From the IMG/VR virus record IMGVR_UViG_3300023108_000002: DNA of 64,000 nt; one strand, given 5' to 3'. The notes under the pieces are model-generated. The model saw nothing but the letters and a program-made list of their open reading frames with translations. It was not told where the DNA came from and made no database searches. The position numbers were made by a program, and so were the translations under genes. Shown piece after piece: positions 20,156 through 31,200 of the stretch (positions are counted from its first letter, which is position 1; the number at the start of each line of letters is the position of its first letter). The stretch comes from a virus. Lineage: Duplodnaviria; Caudoviricetes.

Positions 20156-21928
20156 TTATACTGGTGCAGTGATAGAGACTGTTGGAGTGCTATTAATACC
20201 TTTCATGTGTCCATATGTAGAACCATTGTCTGTATATGTATAATCAGTACCAAAAGACACACTCGTTTGATTCGTTCCATTAGCATTTACAGAACTATTA
20301 TAACCACCGGCAAAAGCGCAGTCCGTAATTCTTACTCTATTAAAGTCACCACTATAGTTAGTCAGCCATGAAGAATAATTTACAAACGAACAGTTTATAA
20401 ATGAACCATATCTTGTTGATCCACTACCATAAACCCACGAAACAGGGTTTCCATTTAAATCAACGATACAGTTTTGTACATATCCACCACCATCATCTCT
20501 TCTTAAAGCGCTTCTGTAACTATCGGCGGCCGGATTAGGGACCCCCAATCTAACTACTCTCATGTTGGCAAAATGGTGGTCATGATCTGTCGGAACTGTA
20601 CCATTAGAGAAAATTGGTTTTTCTCTCGCGCCAGCATCTTTCAAATTTAAAACAACATCAGCAGGGTCTTTTGTTTTTCCTACAATCGCAATAGCTTTTC
20701 CCCTCCAGTTACTACTGTTATAACCATCCCAATTAGTAGGATCCAATTCATATACGCCGGGGTCTAATAATAATGCATCTCCATCACTGGCAGCATCTAT
20801 GATAGAGTTTAAACTATCAGTCCCAGATCCCGAATAACTTACAGTTGTTAAATTCCCACTTGTAAGTGCTAAATATTGAGATGCATATCCATTATAGAAT
20901 GAAAGAGAAAATGTAGAAGTTCTTGAAGATACATGAGTTCCATCAGATGCTCTAAATCTTAAAGAAAAACTTCCTTCGTCACTAGAATTAGTTGATGGTG
21001 TAATGGTAAATGTACCACCACTATTTGTTATGGTTGCTTGGGTTTGGTTTGATGGATTTGTAACATGGTCATAAACTATTGGAAATCCTTCAGGATCAGA
21101 TGCTGCGATTGCAACAGTAGTTGCTGTTCCAGTAGTAGCTAATTCATATTCACTCGCTGGTTCTGTACTAAAAATAGGACTTTCGTTTGTACCACTAGAA
21201 ATCCTATCCCACTCAGTTCCATCCCAAATATACAATGCTTTAGTATCTTGTGCAAATGCAAAATCACCTTCAGTATTTCCAGTAGATGGAAATGCTGCTA
21301 AATTTGCATAAGCGGTAACGCCGCCACCCAATAAACCAGTGGTGTCAGTCAAATCAGAAACATCCGTAGGAACGGCTGTTGCCTCTGAATTCATCTGCAC
21401 CCATTGATTAGATGAACCATCTGAATAGTAAACAAAGAGATTGAGATTTGCAGTATCAAACCAAAGTTGTCCTGTGGATGGACTTGTTGGTGCGGTATCA
21501 GATGCCGTCACTTGGACAGTTGTGGCTTGTCCGGCAAGGTCTAACCATTGCTGACTGTCTCCATCATCATAGTATGTATACCATGTGAGAGTGGAACTAT
21601 CGAACCAAAAGTCTCCGTTTGCTGGAGAAGAAGGTGCGGTGTCAGAAACCGTTGCTCCCATTTGAGCATCATTTGAAGATAGCTCAATCCACTGTTGACT
21701 GTCTCCATCGTCATAATATGCATATAAATTTAGAGATGTGCTATTAAACCACATATCTCCATCAGAAGGACTTGAAGGGGCAGTATCAGAGATTGAGAGA
21801 GAACCCCCACCACTACTAGCAGATGATTGAACATTCCAAGTTCCAGTTGCTGAACTCCACACTAATGTTTTGTTTGCAAGAACTACGGTTTGTCCATTTG
21901 TTGGTGAATTTGGAAAATTAATTGCCAT
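20156..21928 (-). CDS. Fibre protein with three APxxPxxGDxWF modules and a possible beta-helix head
   Basis: Three SDTAP...G(D/Q).WF...Y.DG.S.QW repeats, DPEG module, C-terminal DGDALLLDPGVY...NC(I/S/A) repeats typical of a parallel beta-helix. Confidence 0.75.
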   Translation of the reverse strand: MAINFPNSPTNGQTVVLANKTLVWSSATGTWNVQSSASSGGGSLSISDTAPSSPSDGDMWFNSTSLNLYAYYDDGDSQQWIELSSNDAQMGATVSDTAPSSPANGDFWFDSSTLTWYTYYDDGDSQQWLDLAGQATTVQVTASDTAPTSPSTGQLWFDTANLNLFVYYSDGSSNQWVQMNSEATAVPTDVSDLTDTTGLLGGGVTAYANLAAFPSTGNTEGDFAFAQDTKALYIWDGTEWDRISSGTNESPIFSTEPASEYELATTGTATTVAIAASDPEGFPIVYDHVTNPSNQTQATITNSGGTFTITPSTNSSDEGSFSLRFRASDGTHVSSRTSTFSLSFYNGYASQYLALTSGNLTTVSYSGSGTDSLNSIIDAASDGDALLLDPGVYELDPTNWDGYNSSNWRGKAIAIVGKTKDPADVVLNLKDAGAREKPIFSNGTVPTDHDHHFANMRVVRLGVPNPAADSYRSALRRDDGGGYVQNCIVDLNGNPVSWVYGSGSTRYGSFINCSFVNYSSWLTNYSGDFNRVRITDCAFAGGYNSSVNANGTNQTSVSFGTDYTYTDNGSTYGHMKGINSTPTVSITAPV

Positions 21929-21958
21929 TTATTTTACCCTTATTTTATTTCATGTGCC

Positions 21959-24538
21959 TTATGTCATCATTTGTAGTTGAATGATACCAGGCCTTTTGTC
22001 ATTTACTATATATAGATATCGCCCGTTTGAAGACCAAGTAAAATATGCAGGATTGTCTATACCTGTATATAATCTTTTTCCATCTGGAACCGTAAAAGTT
22101 CCAGTATTACCATTGTGTTGTATTGACCATCTACCGCCAGTATTAGCGTCAGTGTGGGTATAGTCAGTTATTAATTGCACTATACTTTTATCTTCAGGTC
22201 CAACATATATATTCTTACCTCTTCCATCATATCTAAATCCATCAATTGAAGCAACTACTGGCATTTCTTCTCTATTATTTGCAGTAACAAGAACTCTAGT
22301 TGCAGTATTAAGATCCCAAGCAGTAGATAAATTCCACTGATGCATCCAACCACCACCAACCATAAATACTCTTGTTCCATCTAGTTTGAACTGAAGATCT
22401 GTAGGTTGTGAAAATGCTGGGGCGTCAGTTCCGCCAAAAGCAGCTGAATCGAAATCATAATATGAGTTATGAGTTAGTGTAGTAATATCGTATGGCGTTG
22501 TCATGTCAAACTCGTCAATACCATCTCCCACTGTTCCACATACATACAGTTTTGTTCCGTCTGGTTTTAACGCAATCCCTCTAGCACTAGTTTCATATGT
22601 AAATATGCTTATACTACTTTTTCCATCATAGGTTGCTGTATTTACCATAAAGGGAGTAGCTAATGTGTATCCTATAATAACATATTCTCCACCCCAAACT
22701 AAGATATACATTTTTGTTCCATCTTCACTAATACACATTGATTGAGTTTTAGTAGCTTTATCAACAAATACATTATCTATATCAACATGCATATAGTCAT
22801 TAAAGTCTGGAAGATTTGCAGTATTTAAATCCCAAGCAGTAGATAAAGTATATCTAACAACAATATCTGATTGAGCGCCGACCTGATACATATAAACTCC
22901 GTCAGGACTAAATGTAATACCTTCTGGAGAACCTTCATCCTGATAGCGTCCAAGATATACAGGCCTTATTGTATAGTCATAAACAGCAGTTGTAACATCC
23001 CAGGCAGTACCTAAATTGTATATGTCTATATCAGCACCTGTTCCCCCTTGTATATACATTATCGTTCCATCAGATTTAAATGCTAAATCATATGGATTAG
23101 CTTGTTGTCCAGAAACTGAGAAAGATCCTAGTTGAGTTGCTACAGATATTTCCCAAGGAGTTGGGCAGCTATAATTGTAGACAGTTTTATCGCCAGTCCC
23201 CACATAATACCAAGAAGACCCGTCTGGCTTAAAGAAAAGTCCGTGAGGATTTAGGCCAGGGCCTGGACCTACAGTCCTAGTTAAAGATGCAGTGCTAATA
23301 TCCCAAGCAGTACTTAAAGTATATTGATGAAAAGTATCATTTACATATCCAGTCATATAGAGTTCAGTGCCATCAGGTTTCCAAAAAGTAGCCTCTGGAT
23401 TTGCCTCTTGAGAAGAAAAAGAAAATTCTTGAGTGTAGGTAACATTACTAAGATCCCATGCTGTAGCTAGGGTATACTCTCTTATTTTATCGCTATTCAT
23501 CCCAGTAACATACATTTTCGTTCCATCTGTTTTAAATTTTACATCAGTAGGAACCAACTCCCTACCCCCAATAAAAGCGGCATTGGAAGTGCTCACAAAA
23601 GAAGCCGTAGAAATATCCCAAGCGGTTGATAGATTTACTTCTATGATAGATTGAGTATTGTTACCTCGCGTAAAAAAAGAAGTACCATCAGGTTTGAAGA
23701 AAAGATCAGAAATACCTGAATCAAAATCAAAAGCACTCAAAATATACGTATCATGAGAAATAGTACTAATGTCCCACGCAGTTCCTAAAGTAAAAGAATT
23801 TACTTCATCATGCCCGGGCCCCGCCACATAAAGCTTTGTTCCATCAGGTTTAAAATCAAATGCATAGGGGTTAGTGTTATAAGAACTAAGTGAAATCTCT
23901 TGATTAAAAGTAGCAGTGCTTGTATCCCACGCAGTACTTAGATTATATTCAACCAATCTATCGCTGCTTCTTGATAATAGATACATTTTAGTTCCATCTG
24001 AACTCATACGCATACATACCTGAAGGTTAGCCATTTCTGCTTGAACATTAAGCGTTTTAGAAGAAGAACCAGAAGCGGTAGATATATCCCAGGCAGTACT
24101 CAACGTATAGTAATTAATTTCATCATTTCCTGTAGTGGGGTCGTTATTTCCACCAACGTACATTATCGTACCTTCTGGATTAAAGTAAATAGAGCGGCCG
24201 CCGTTATTTTGGTTTGTAGTTTCTTTTGTTTGATCAGGCACATAAGAAAGAGTCCTAACATCAAAGGGCACCCCAAAACTATACTTACGAACTATTTCAT
24301 CATCGGCAAGAGTAAATAAATAATTACCATCATTTGATATATACAGATCTTCCCAGTCTACATCAAGTCTATGAATAGGAATACGACTACCTACATTATA
24401 AGGACCCTTTTCAATGCTAAACCCAATGTCATTGTTTGAAAAAACATTTAACTTAGTTTTTAAGAAATGCTCTTCTATATCAAATACCCCAGAAGTTCCT
24501 GTGATATTTTTGCCAATTATACCACCATTTGAGCTCAT
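21959..24538 (-). CDS. TAWD-repeat beta-propeller protein
   Basis: More than a dozen ~50-aa repeats F(K/S)PDGT..Y..G...D....Y.L.TAWD(I/L)S. Confidence 0.8.
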   Translation of the reverse strand: MSSNGGIIGKNITGTSGVFDIEEHFLKTKLNVFSNNDIGFSIEKGPYNVGSRIPIHRLDVDWEDLYISNDGNYLFTLADDEIVRKYSFGVPFDVRTLSYVPDQTKETTNQNNGGRSIYFNPEGTIMYVGGNNDPTTGNDEINYYTLSTAWDISTASGSSSKTLNVQAEMANLQVCMRMSSDGTKMYLLSRSSDRLVEYNLSTAWDTSTATFNQEISLSSYNTNPYAFDFKPDGTKLYVAGPGHDEVNSFTLGTAWDISTISHDTYILSAFDFDSGISDLFFKPDGTSFFTRGNNTQSIIEVNLSTAWDISTASFVSTSNAAFIGGRELVPTDVKFKTDGTKMYVTGMNSDKIREYTLATAWDLSNVTYTQEFSFSSQEANPEATFWKPDGTELYMTGYVNDTFHQYTLSTAWDISTASLTRTVGPGPGLNPHGLFFKPDGSSWYYVGTGDKTVYNYSCPTPWEISVATQLGSFSVSGQQANPYDLAFKSDGTIMYIQGGTGADIDIYNLGTAWDVTTAVYDYTIRPVYLGRYQDEGSPEGITFSPDGVYMYQVGAQSDIVVRYTLSTAWDLNTANLPDFNDYMHVDIDNVFVDKATKTQSMCISEDGTKMYILVWGGEYVIIGYTLATPFMVNTATYDGKSSISIFTYETSARGIALKPDGTKLYVCGTVGDGIDEFDMTTPYDITTLTHNSYYDFDSAAFGGTDAPAFSQPTDLQFKLDGTRVFMVGGGWMHQWNLSTAWDLNTATRVLVTANNREEMPVVASIDGFRYDGRGKNIYVGPEDKSIVQLITDYTHTDANTGGRWSIQHNGNTGTFTVPDGKRLYTGIDNPAYFTWSSNGRYLYIVNDKRPGIIQLQMMT

Positions 24539-24891
24539 GATATTATCTCATACGAACAAACAAATTGAATTAAAGTGCTTCCAGCCTTAACTTGAATTTT
24601 TTCATCTTCACGAAGATAAATTCCATGATCTCTTGAAATCGCCACTAACATTGCATTATATGGTATAGTAATTGCAGAACCTATAGCATAAGAATTTCCA
24701 CCACTTACAAAGTTTACTGATATGTCTACATCATTTGCTAAATCCGTATTTGTAGCAATTAGGGAGTTAATTTTATATACTTTCCCACTGGATGCCGGAT
24801 TTGATACTAAATCTGCAAAAGAAGTGGTTGCAACTGCCCCCACCGTTTCTCCAAGAATTGATGTTACAGTGACTATATTTGGATTAGCCAT
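24535..24891 (-). CDS. Small beta-rich virion-associated protein (MANPNIV type)
   Basis: 118 aa. Its stop overlaps the next start (ATGA). Lies in the fibre operon. Confidence 0.75.
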   Translation of the reverse strand: MANPNIVTVTSILGETVGAVATTSFADLVSNPASSGKVYKINSLIATNTDLANDVDISVNFVSGGNSYAIGSAITIPYNAMLVAISRDHGIYLREDEKIQVKAGSTLIQFVCSYEIIS

Positions 24892-24903
24892 AGATTTTCT
24901 CCT

Positions 24904-25167
24904 TTATCTTCCAAATACAATAGACAGGGCTATTGCTTTATTTTCTGTTACTCCACTACCACCTAATAATCCACCAGTGTCAGTCAAATCTGATATATCT
25001 GCTGGAATAACACTCGTTGTATCAGTTAATTCGGATACATCAGTTACGGTTGCGATTGTGGTAGTTTTTCTGTCCCACACCCCTGAAGTTGAGTTATATA
25101 CATATGTCTTTCCGCCAGAGCTGAAACTCTGTCCGTCTGTGGGTGAATTTGGAAAATTGATTGCCAT
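24904..25167 (-). CDS. Minimal fibre anchor protein
   Basis: 87 aa: MAINFP module, DISDLTDT linker and C-terminal KAIALSIVFGR only. Confidence 0.8.
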   Translation of the reverse strand: MAINFPNSPTDGQSFSSGGKTYVYNSTSGVWDRKTTTIATVTDVSELTDTTSVIPADISDLTDTGGLLGGSGVTENKAIALSIVFGR

Positions 25168-25191
25168 TTATCTATCCTATTTTCTTTCTAC

Positions 25192-25199
25192 TATTTATT
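25192..25199 (-). promoter_or_regulatory. Late promoter variant AATAAATA
   Basis: One mismatch to TATAAATA, 24 nt upstream of the 25167 start. Confidence 0.55.
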
Positions 25200-25224
25200 A
25201 TAACATATGAATGGTTGCTAAATA

Positions 25225-28200
25225 TTATCCTATTTTCTTTATCGTTAATATTGCTTGTCCAATCCAATAGTCTCCACTTTGATCGCTTTCTAAAATATAT
25301 CTAATCCAATTATTTGCAGGCGTAGCATCTTCAAACGTAACTATTATACTATCGGGTACAGTTACTCCATTAATGTTAAAAGAGCCAGTGCCTGGGCTTA
25401 ACCAACCAGCAGAACTAAAAGCACCAGTGCTTGCTTCCCATCCATGATATCTTTGGCCTGCTGTACTATTTCTTTCATATACTTCCGGCTGTACTGATAT
25501 TTCGTATGTACCATTCTGAACAAAGCCTGAGAATTTATCTCCACTAAATGTAATGCCAGTTAGTGTAGGATCTCTGTCTGAGCTATCTGGTGATAATCCG
25601 GCTGTATTAGCAGCATTTGCAAATGTTGCTTCGTACCAAGTTCCTACATTTTGTCCTAGATATGAACTACTTGAAACAGTTGAACCAGGCTGACTTGCAC
25701 TTAGATAAAATTTTGTAAATGGAGTTGTTGAAGAAGAACTTGAAGAACCAGTTGTAGTACTAGCAGCAGCACCACCAACTTGTATCCATTGAGAACTATC
25801 AGCATCAGTGTAATACAAATACAAATCAGCTGAATCTGATTTGAACCAGAACTCTCCAGCACTTGGTGAAGTTGGTGCAGTATCAGATGTGGTTGCACCA
25901 CCAGCAACATCTGCCCAAGAATAATCAGAACCATTCCAAGACAATACTTGTCCTGTAGACGCTGAAGATTGATTGAGATGTGTATCTACCATACTATCTG
26001 AATATGGAGTTGGGGTTCCAGTAAGATCTGAATATGAACCTGAGAAGTTTCCAACAACAGAACCGGCGCCCATTCCACTATGATTTGTACAATAATAATA
26101 TAAATCTGGTGTTGCGTGTGTGATTGCAATTTCAGTATATGCACCGGCAGAACCAGCAGTTCCGTTTGTAGTAACTCCTACCGTATATTCAACACCGCTG
26201 GCATGAGTGCCATCAGAGGTTGTTGAGAATCTTAGTGGATGTGATCCATTTGAGGCATCTGATTGATCAAAACGATAAGTTCTGCCAGGCTCAAATGAAA
26301 GAGTTGCTTGTTGAATTCCATCAATGTAGAAATATCCACCAGATGCAGTCACTGTCACAGTACTATACGCATTTGCTTTTGAAGCAATTTGATTGGTGAT
26401 AGTTGTTGCAAAGTTAGGATCATCTCCTAGTGCAGCAGCCAGTTCATTGAGTGTATCAAGTGTTGCTGGAGCAGAATCCACAAGGTTTGCTACAGAAGTA
26501 TCTACATAAGTTTCAGTTGCATATCCAGTAAGAGATGGAATTTGTGATGCAACGTATGCTTTTGTTGCATATGTACCCAAATCTGCACTTGTAAGTTCAT
26601 CAGCAAAATCTAGAGCAAGAGATGTTGCATTGATAGCAGTACCAAGTTTTGCAACACCGCTAGTTGAAATTCCACCGCCATCTGTTACAAAATATTTTGT
26701 TCCCGTAGTAAGTCCAGAAAGTCCTGTATGAATTCCATACTCTAATGTTACATCAATAGTTGTTCCTGCTGATGCTGCAACCCCATGTAATTTAGTTGCA
26801 TCAAAGTTAGATTCACCATATGCACCTTGTGTCATAACTACTTCTGGATAGTTGCTAGCTAATGTATATGCTGCTGTATCTCCATCATTGAAGGGACTTG
26901 AATAAATCCATTTGTTAATGTTTTGAGGAAAGTCATCAGGCCCATTGATCTGACTGTCATTGGAACTGACCAAGTTTCCAGAATTGTCAAAATGATAATA
27001 TCTAGTTACTGGATAGGTATCATTTGTATTCCACCAAGGAATAATCAATGTGGGTGCATTTGGAGAACTTCCAGTATTGCTGCCCTTTGTCCAACAGATA
27101 TTTCCACGAACCTTTCCGACTTGGACATTGGCGCCACCCTGTATTGTAATATTACCAGATACATTTGTTACATTTAGATTCGCATCTGCACTATATAGCG
27201 CCATCTTCAGTCTATAAGGAGCATCTCCACCACCATCAGCCGGAGTAGTTGTGACTGTAGCAAGTAGTCCGTTTGTTGGGTGGAATTCCTGATGGTTTTG
27301 AATTTCGCTTGCACCTACACTATGTGTTCCAGATCTTGTAAACAAATCTGTTTGCGGCCCAAGGACTATAGTACCAATATCCCAATCTACTGTCGCAAAT
27401 TTAATAATACCTTTTCGTGTGGCGCCAGACCCTTCTTGTCTGTAAACAGCAATTCTTGTTGGGGTTGCTGGATCAACTGCTGTATGTTCCCATTCAAATA
27501 CTTCTGAAGATGAAGTTTCAATTTCTGGATAACTAGTATCGAAAGTTTCAGTTGCAAAATCATAAGTAAATTTTCTTAAAGCAGCTTTATTGTTTGAATT
27601 TGGAAATTTTGCATACAGAGTTAATACATCACCACTAAATCCACCATGATAAAATAGGCATCTATTGCCGCTGTGCCCTATACTAACAGATCCATTTCCA
27701 CCCGAAAGATTGGATAGTCCATTTACTGTTGTGCCTGTGATAGTACCTACTTTTAAAATAGAGTTTCCATTACTTGAAGCAGCAAGATAAATGAAAGTAT
27801 CTTCGTATGTTCCTGCTGGTCCAAAAAATGCGTGTGGGTCTCTGATGGATAAATGGTTTCCGCTTGCGAAGGCAGTCCCAGCACTAATAGTAGAACCGCT
27901 TTTAATAAATGGAACAAGCATGTTGTTATCCGAATGCCCAGTGCCGCCCGGGAAAAGTAACATTGCTTTTTCTCTTGTGGAGTGGTGTGCAATCGTTCCA
28001 ACATAGGAACTCGCACCCCCGAAACCACTTGTCATTTGAGCGTTGTTTGCAGAAACACGAACAAATGGATAGTTTGTGGGTTCAACTACAGTCACAGTTC
28101 CATCAGTATTCAGCATCACAACATCATTTACAGCAGCTGTATTTGTTGATGTATATTCTACAACACTAGGATTTGGTACATCAGATGCCGTAATATAACC

Positions 28201-31200
28201 AGCACCGTTAGTCAATTGATTGTTGTTTGTTGGAATTGTTGGTGTATTGGTTAAGTCATTATATGAACCAGATGTTGCAACTGTTGCAAGAGATGGTGTA
28301 TTAGATAAGTCATTATAGTTACCAGATGTTGCTACTGCTGCAAAATCACTTACTGGTATGTCATATTGAAAAATTCTCCCCCCATAGGAGCCCTTATCAG
28401 ACATAATGTATAGTTTTGTACCGTCTGGTTTGAAGAATATATCTGCTGGGCCATTACCACCATGAATAGATGCGGGCCATTGACTCCAAGAACTGGCTGT
28501 TGTTAAATCAAACGCTGTTGAGAAAGTTGTGTAGTAAACAATATCGACACCATTTTTTATAAATGCGCCGGTTTTACCATCAGGGCTAATTGCAAATCTT
28601 GCCCCCGAATGTCCTGTGGTTGGAGTTGCTAGAGTTTGTACTGCACTCGCTGATGCTGTTGATAAATCCCAAGCAGTTGTTAAATCAAATCTTTGAATTT
28701 CATTTGGATCTGAGTTTCCAGTATTACTTTGAAATGTAAGATAGATTTTAGTTCCATCTTGCGAGAACCTAAAATCCCACAGAGGAAATTCGTTTGTGGT
28801 GTATGTATTAAATGGTTGATACCAAGCGTTGCCGGAAACACCATCGTTGGGAGGCCTGATGATATTATTGAAGCCGGAACTTGAATATGTGTAAATTGCG
28901 CCGCTACTATTGTTTTGTGTATCTTGTCTATCAAGAACAAACGCTTTGATTCCATCGTATGAAATTCTATATGTTGTGGGTTTGGCATCTGTACTTGCAC
29001 TGCCATAATAATTACCACTTGTTGATGGTCTAATGTACGAACTACCAACATGCGTCCATGTACTGCTCGTATCCCATGGCGTTGCTAATGTGTAATATAT
29101 ACCAGAACCAAACATTTCTGCTTGAAAACGTATTGCAGTACCAGCCGCATACATTAGATTTCCATTGATATCAAATGTATCTGTTTCGTTGATATGTAAA
29201 CTTCCCTCGGACGATAGTAAATTAATATTCTGCGATTGCCCTTGGTCATTTGTTGCGTCCATATCGGCAAAACCACCTTCGATATTGATTTTCTCAGCTG
29301 GAGTGCTCCAAGCATAATCAGAACCATCCCACACAAGCATTTGATCGGTTGTCGCTGTACTTTGATTTAGATGTAAATCTACACTTGCATCGCTATAACT
29401 ACCAGCGGCTGTGATTTGATTGTTAACATAAGTTTCGGTTGCATATCCATTCAAATCGGATGCTTCTAGTTTATTTGCCAGTGAGTTAGTAATCGTTGTG
29501 GAGAAATTAGCGTCATCTCCTAGTGCAGCAGCCAGTTCATTGAGTGTATCAAGTGTTGCTGGGGCAGAATCTACTAGGTTTGCTACAGAAGTGTCTACAT
29601 ATGCTTTTGTTGCATAGGTAGCAAGACTTGCATCAGTTAATTCATCTAAAAGATCAACAGCAAGTGTTGTGCTTGACATAGCAAGTCCAACTTTAGCATT
29701 GTTTGTATCTGGAGTTGCCGAAAGACTACCATCTGATAATACATAATATTTTGACCCAGCTGTCAAACCAGAAAGTCCAGTATGAATACCTCCCTCTACA
29801 GTGACATCAATTGTTGTACCAGCAGACGCAGCAATACCATGAATTTTAGATGCATCTAGATTGGATTCTGTATATACACCTTGAGTTGGTTGGGCAAACA
29901 ATTTAACAACCAAACTGGTTGCATTTGTGTTGCCTGGCGCCGATATTGATCCTTTAGCACTCCTGAAAGGATCCATTTGTATTTTGCCTGGATATCCAAA
30001 TCCAGTGTTCTTTGCATAAGAGTTGTTGCCGTGCGTAACTCTACTTGTACCAATAACTATATTTAAAGATGAATTTACTGAGAAATGGGTTATGAACGAA
30101 CCATCCTTACTGTTACTAGTATTGTTTAGATAATAATACCCTGCGTTAGTTAGTGCAAACATATTACTGTTCTTGTAGAATGCCATATTTCCAGAAAGAT
30201 GGCCATAAGTTCCACCTTGATTATAGCCTAGTGAGTATTCTGAGCCTTCCGCCACTGCTGAATTTCCTGTTGTCGAAAATGCTCTAAGTTTTAGACTGTT
30301 ACTTCCTCCACCAACACTCCAAGCAACAACAAAATGTTCACTAGAATCTCTCCATGCCACATGCGCTGGTGCGTCAGTACCAAAATTTGTGTTGAACGAA
30401 GTCAATCCATATGCTGTTCCGACAGTAATATTTCCTGTACCCCAATCTATATCACCAATTCTGAGATTTCCAGAGGCATCAACTCCTGCAAATCTACCCT
30501 CTGTGAGTTTTGAGAAGTCCAATGATCTACTATCGATAGGATGTGGTATAGCAAAATCATCGCTATATTGGATTGTAGCATTTCCATCCCACGTAACTCT
30601 AAATATTCTACAATTACTAGAATTGTCTCTGTATGCGCCGATGATTTTGTAAGAACCGGCAGTACTTCCGGCATGGTCATAGTACCAATTAATATGATCG
30701 AGTCGAGAATTATAGGTAGGTCCGCTGTTAGAACTATTAGTTCCTGTATCACTCCAAGTGATTCCAACGCCACCCATTGTGCCTACGGCATGAATAATTA
30801 AATCTGATGATCCTCCATTCTTCTTCGGCCCTAAAATTAAAAATTTATCTGGATTGTCTGGACTTCCAATCACATACGGATTATCTGATGTAGCAAGTCC
30901 CAATGAGTTCCCCAATGAGGCAAGATCTTGATATTCGGTTCCATAAGTCCAAGTCTCAGTTGAACTATTATATTCAGCAGAAACAATTTTCATTTCAAAA
31001 ATACTGCCAGGCGCCTCATCAAAGGCTACAGAGATGTACTTGTTATCAGTTTGTGTTGGAAATAACCAATATCCAACATGAGCTGCGACCAAACCATTAG
31101 TATTACTAATAGTGTAGCCTTCATTATTTGGAAGAAGTTGTTGATATGACCCATTATAACCTTGATTTGTAAGTTGCTCTGGAGAAGTTGCAACTTCAAC

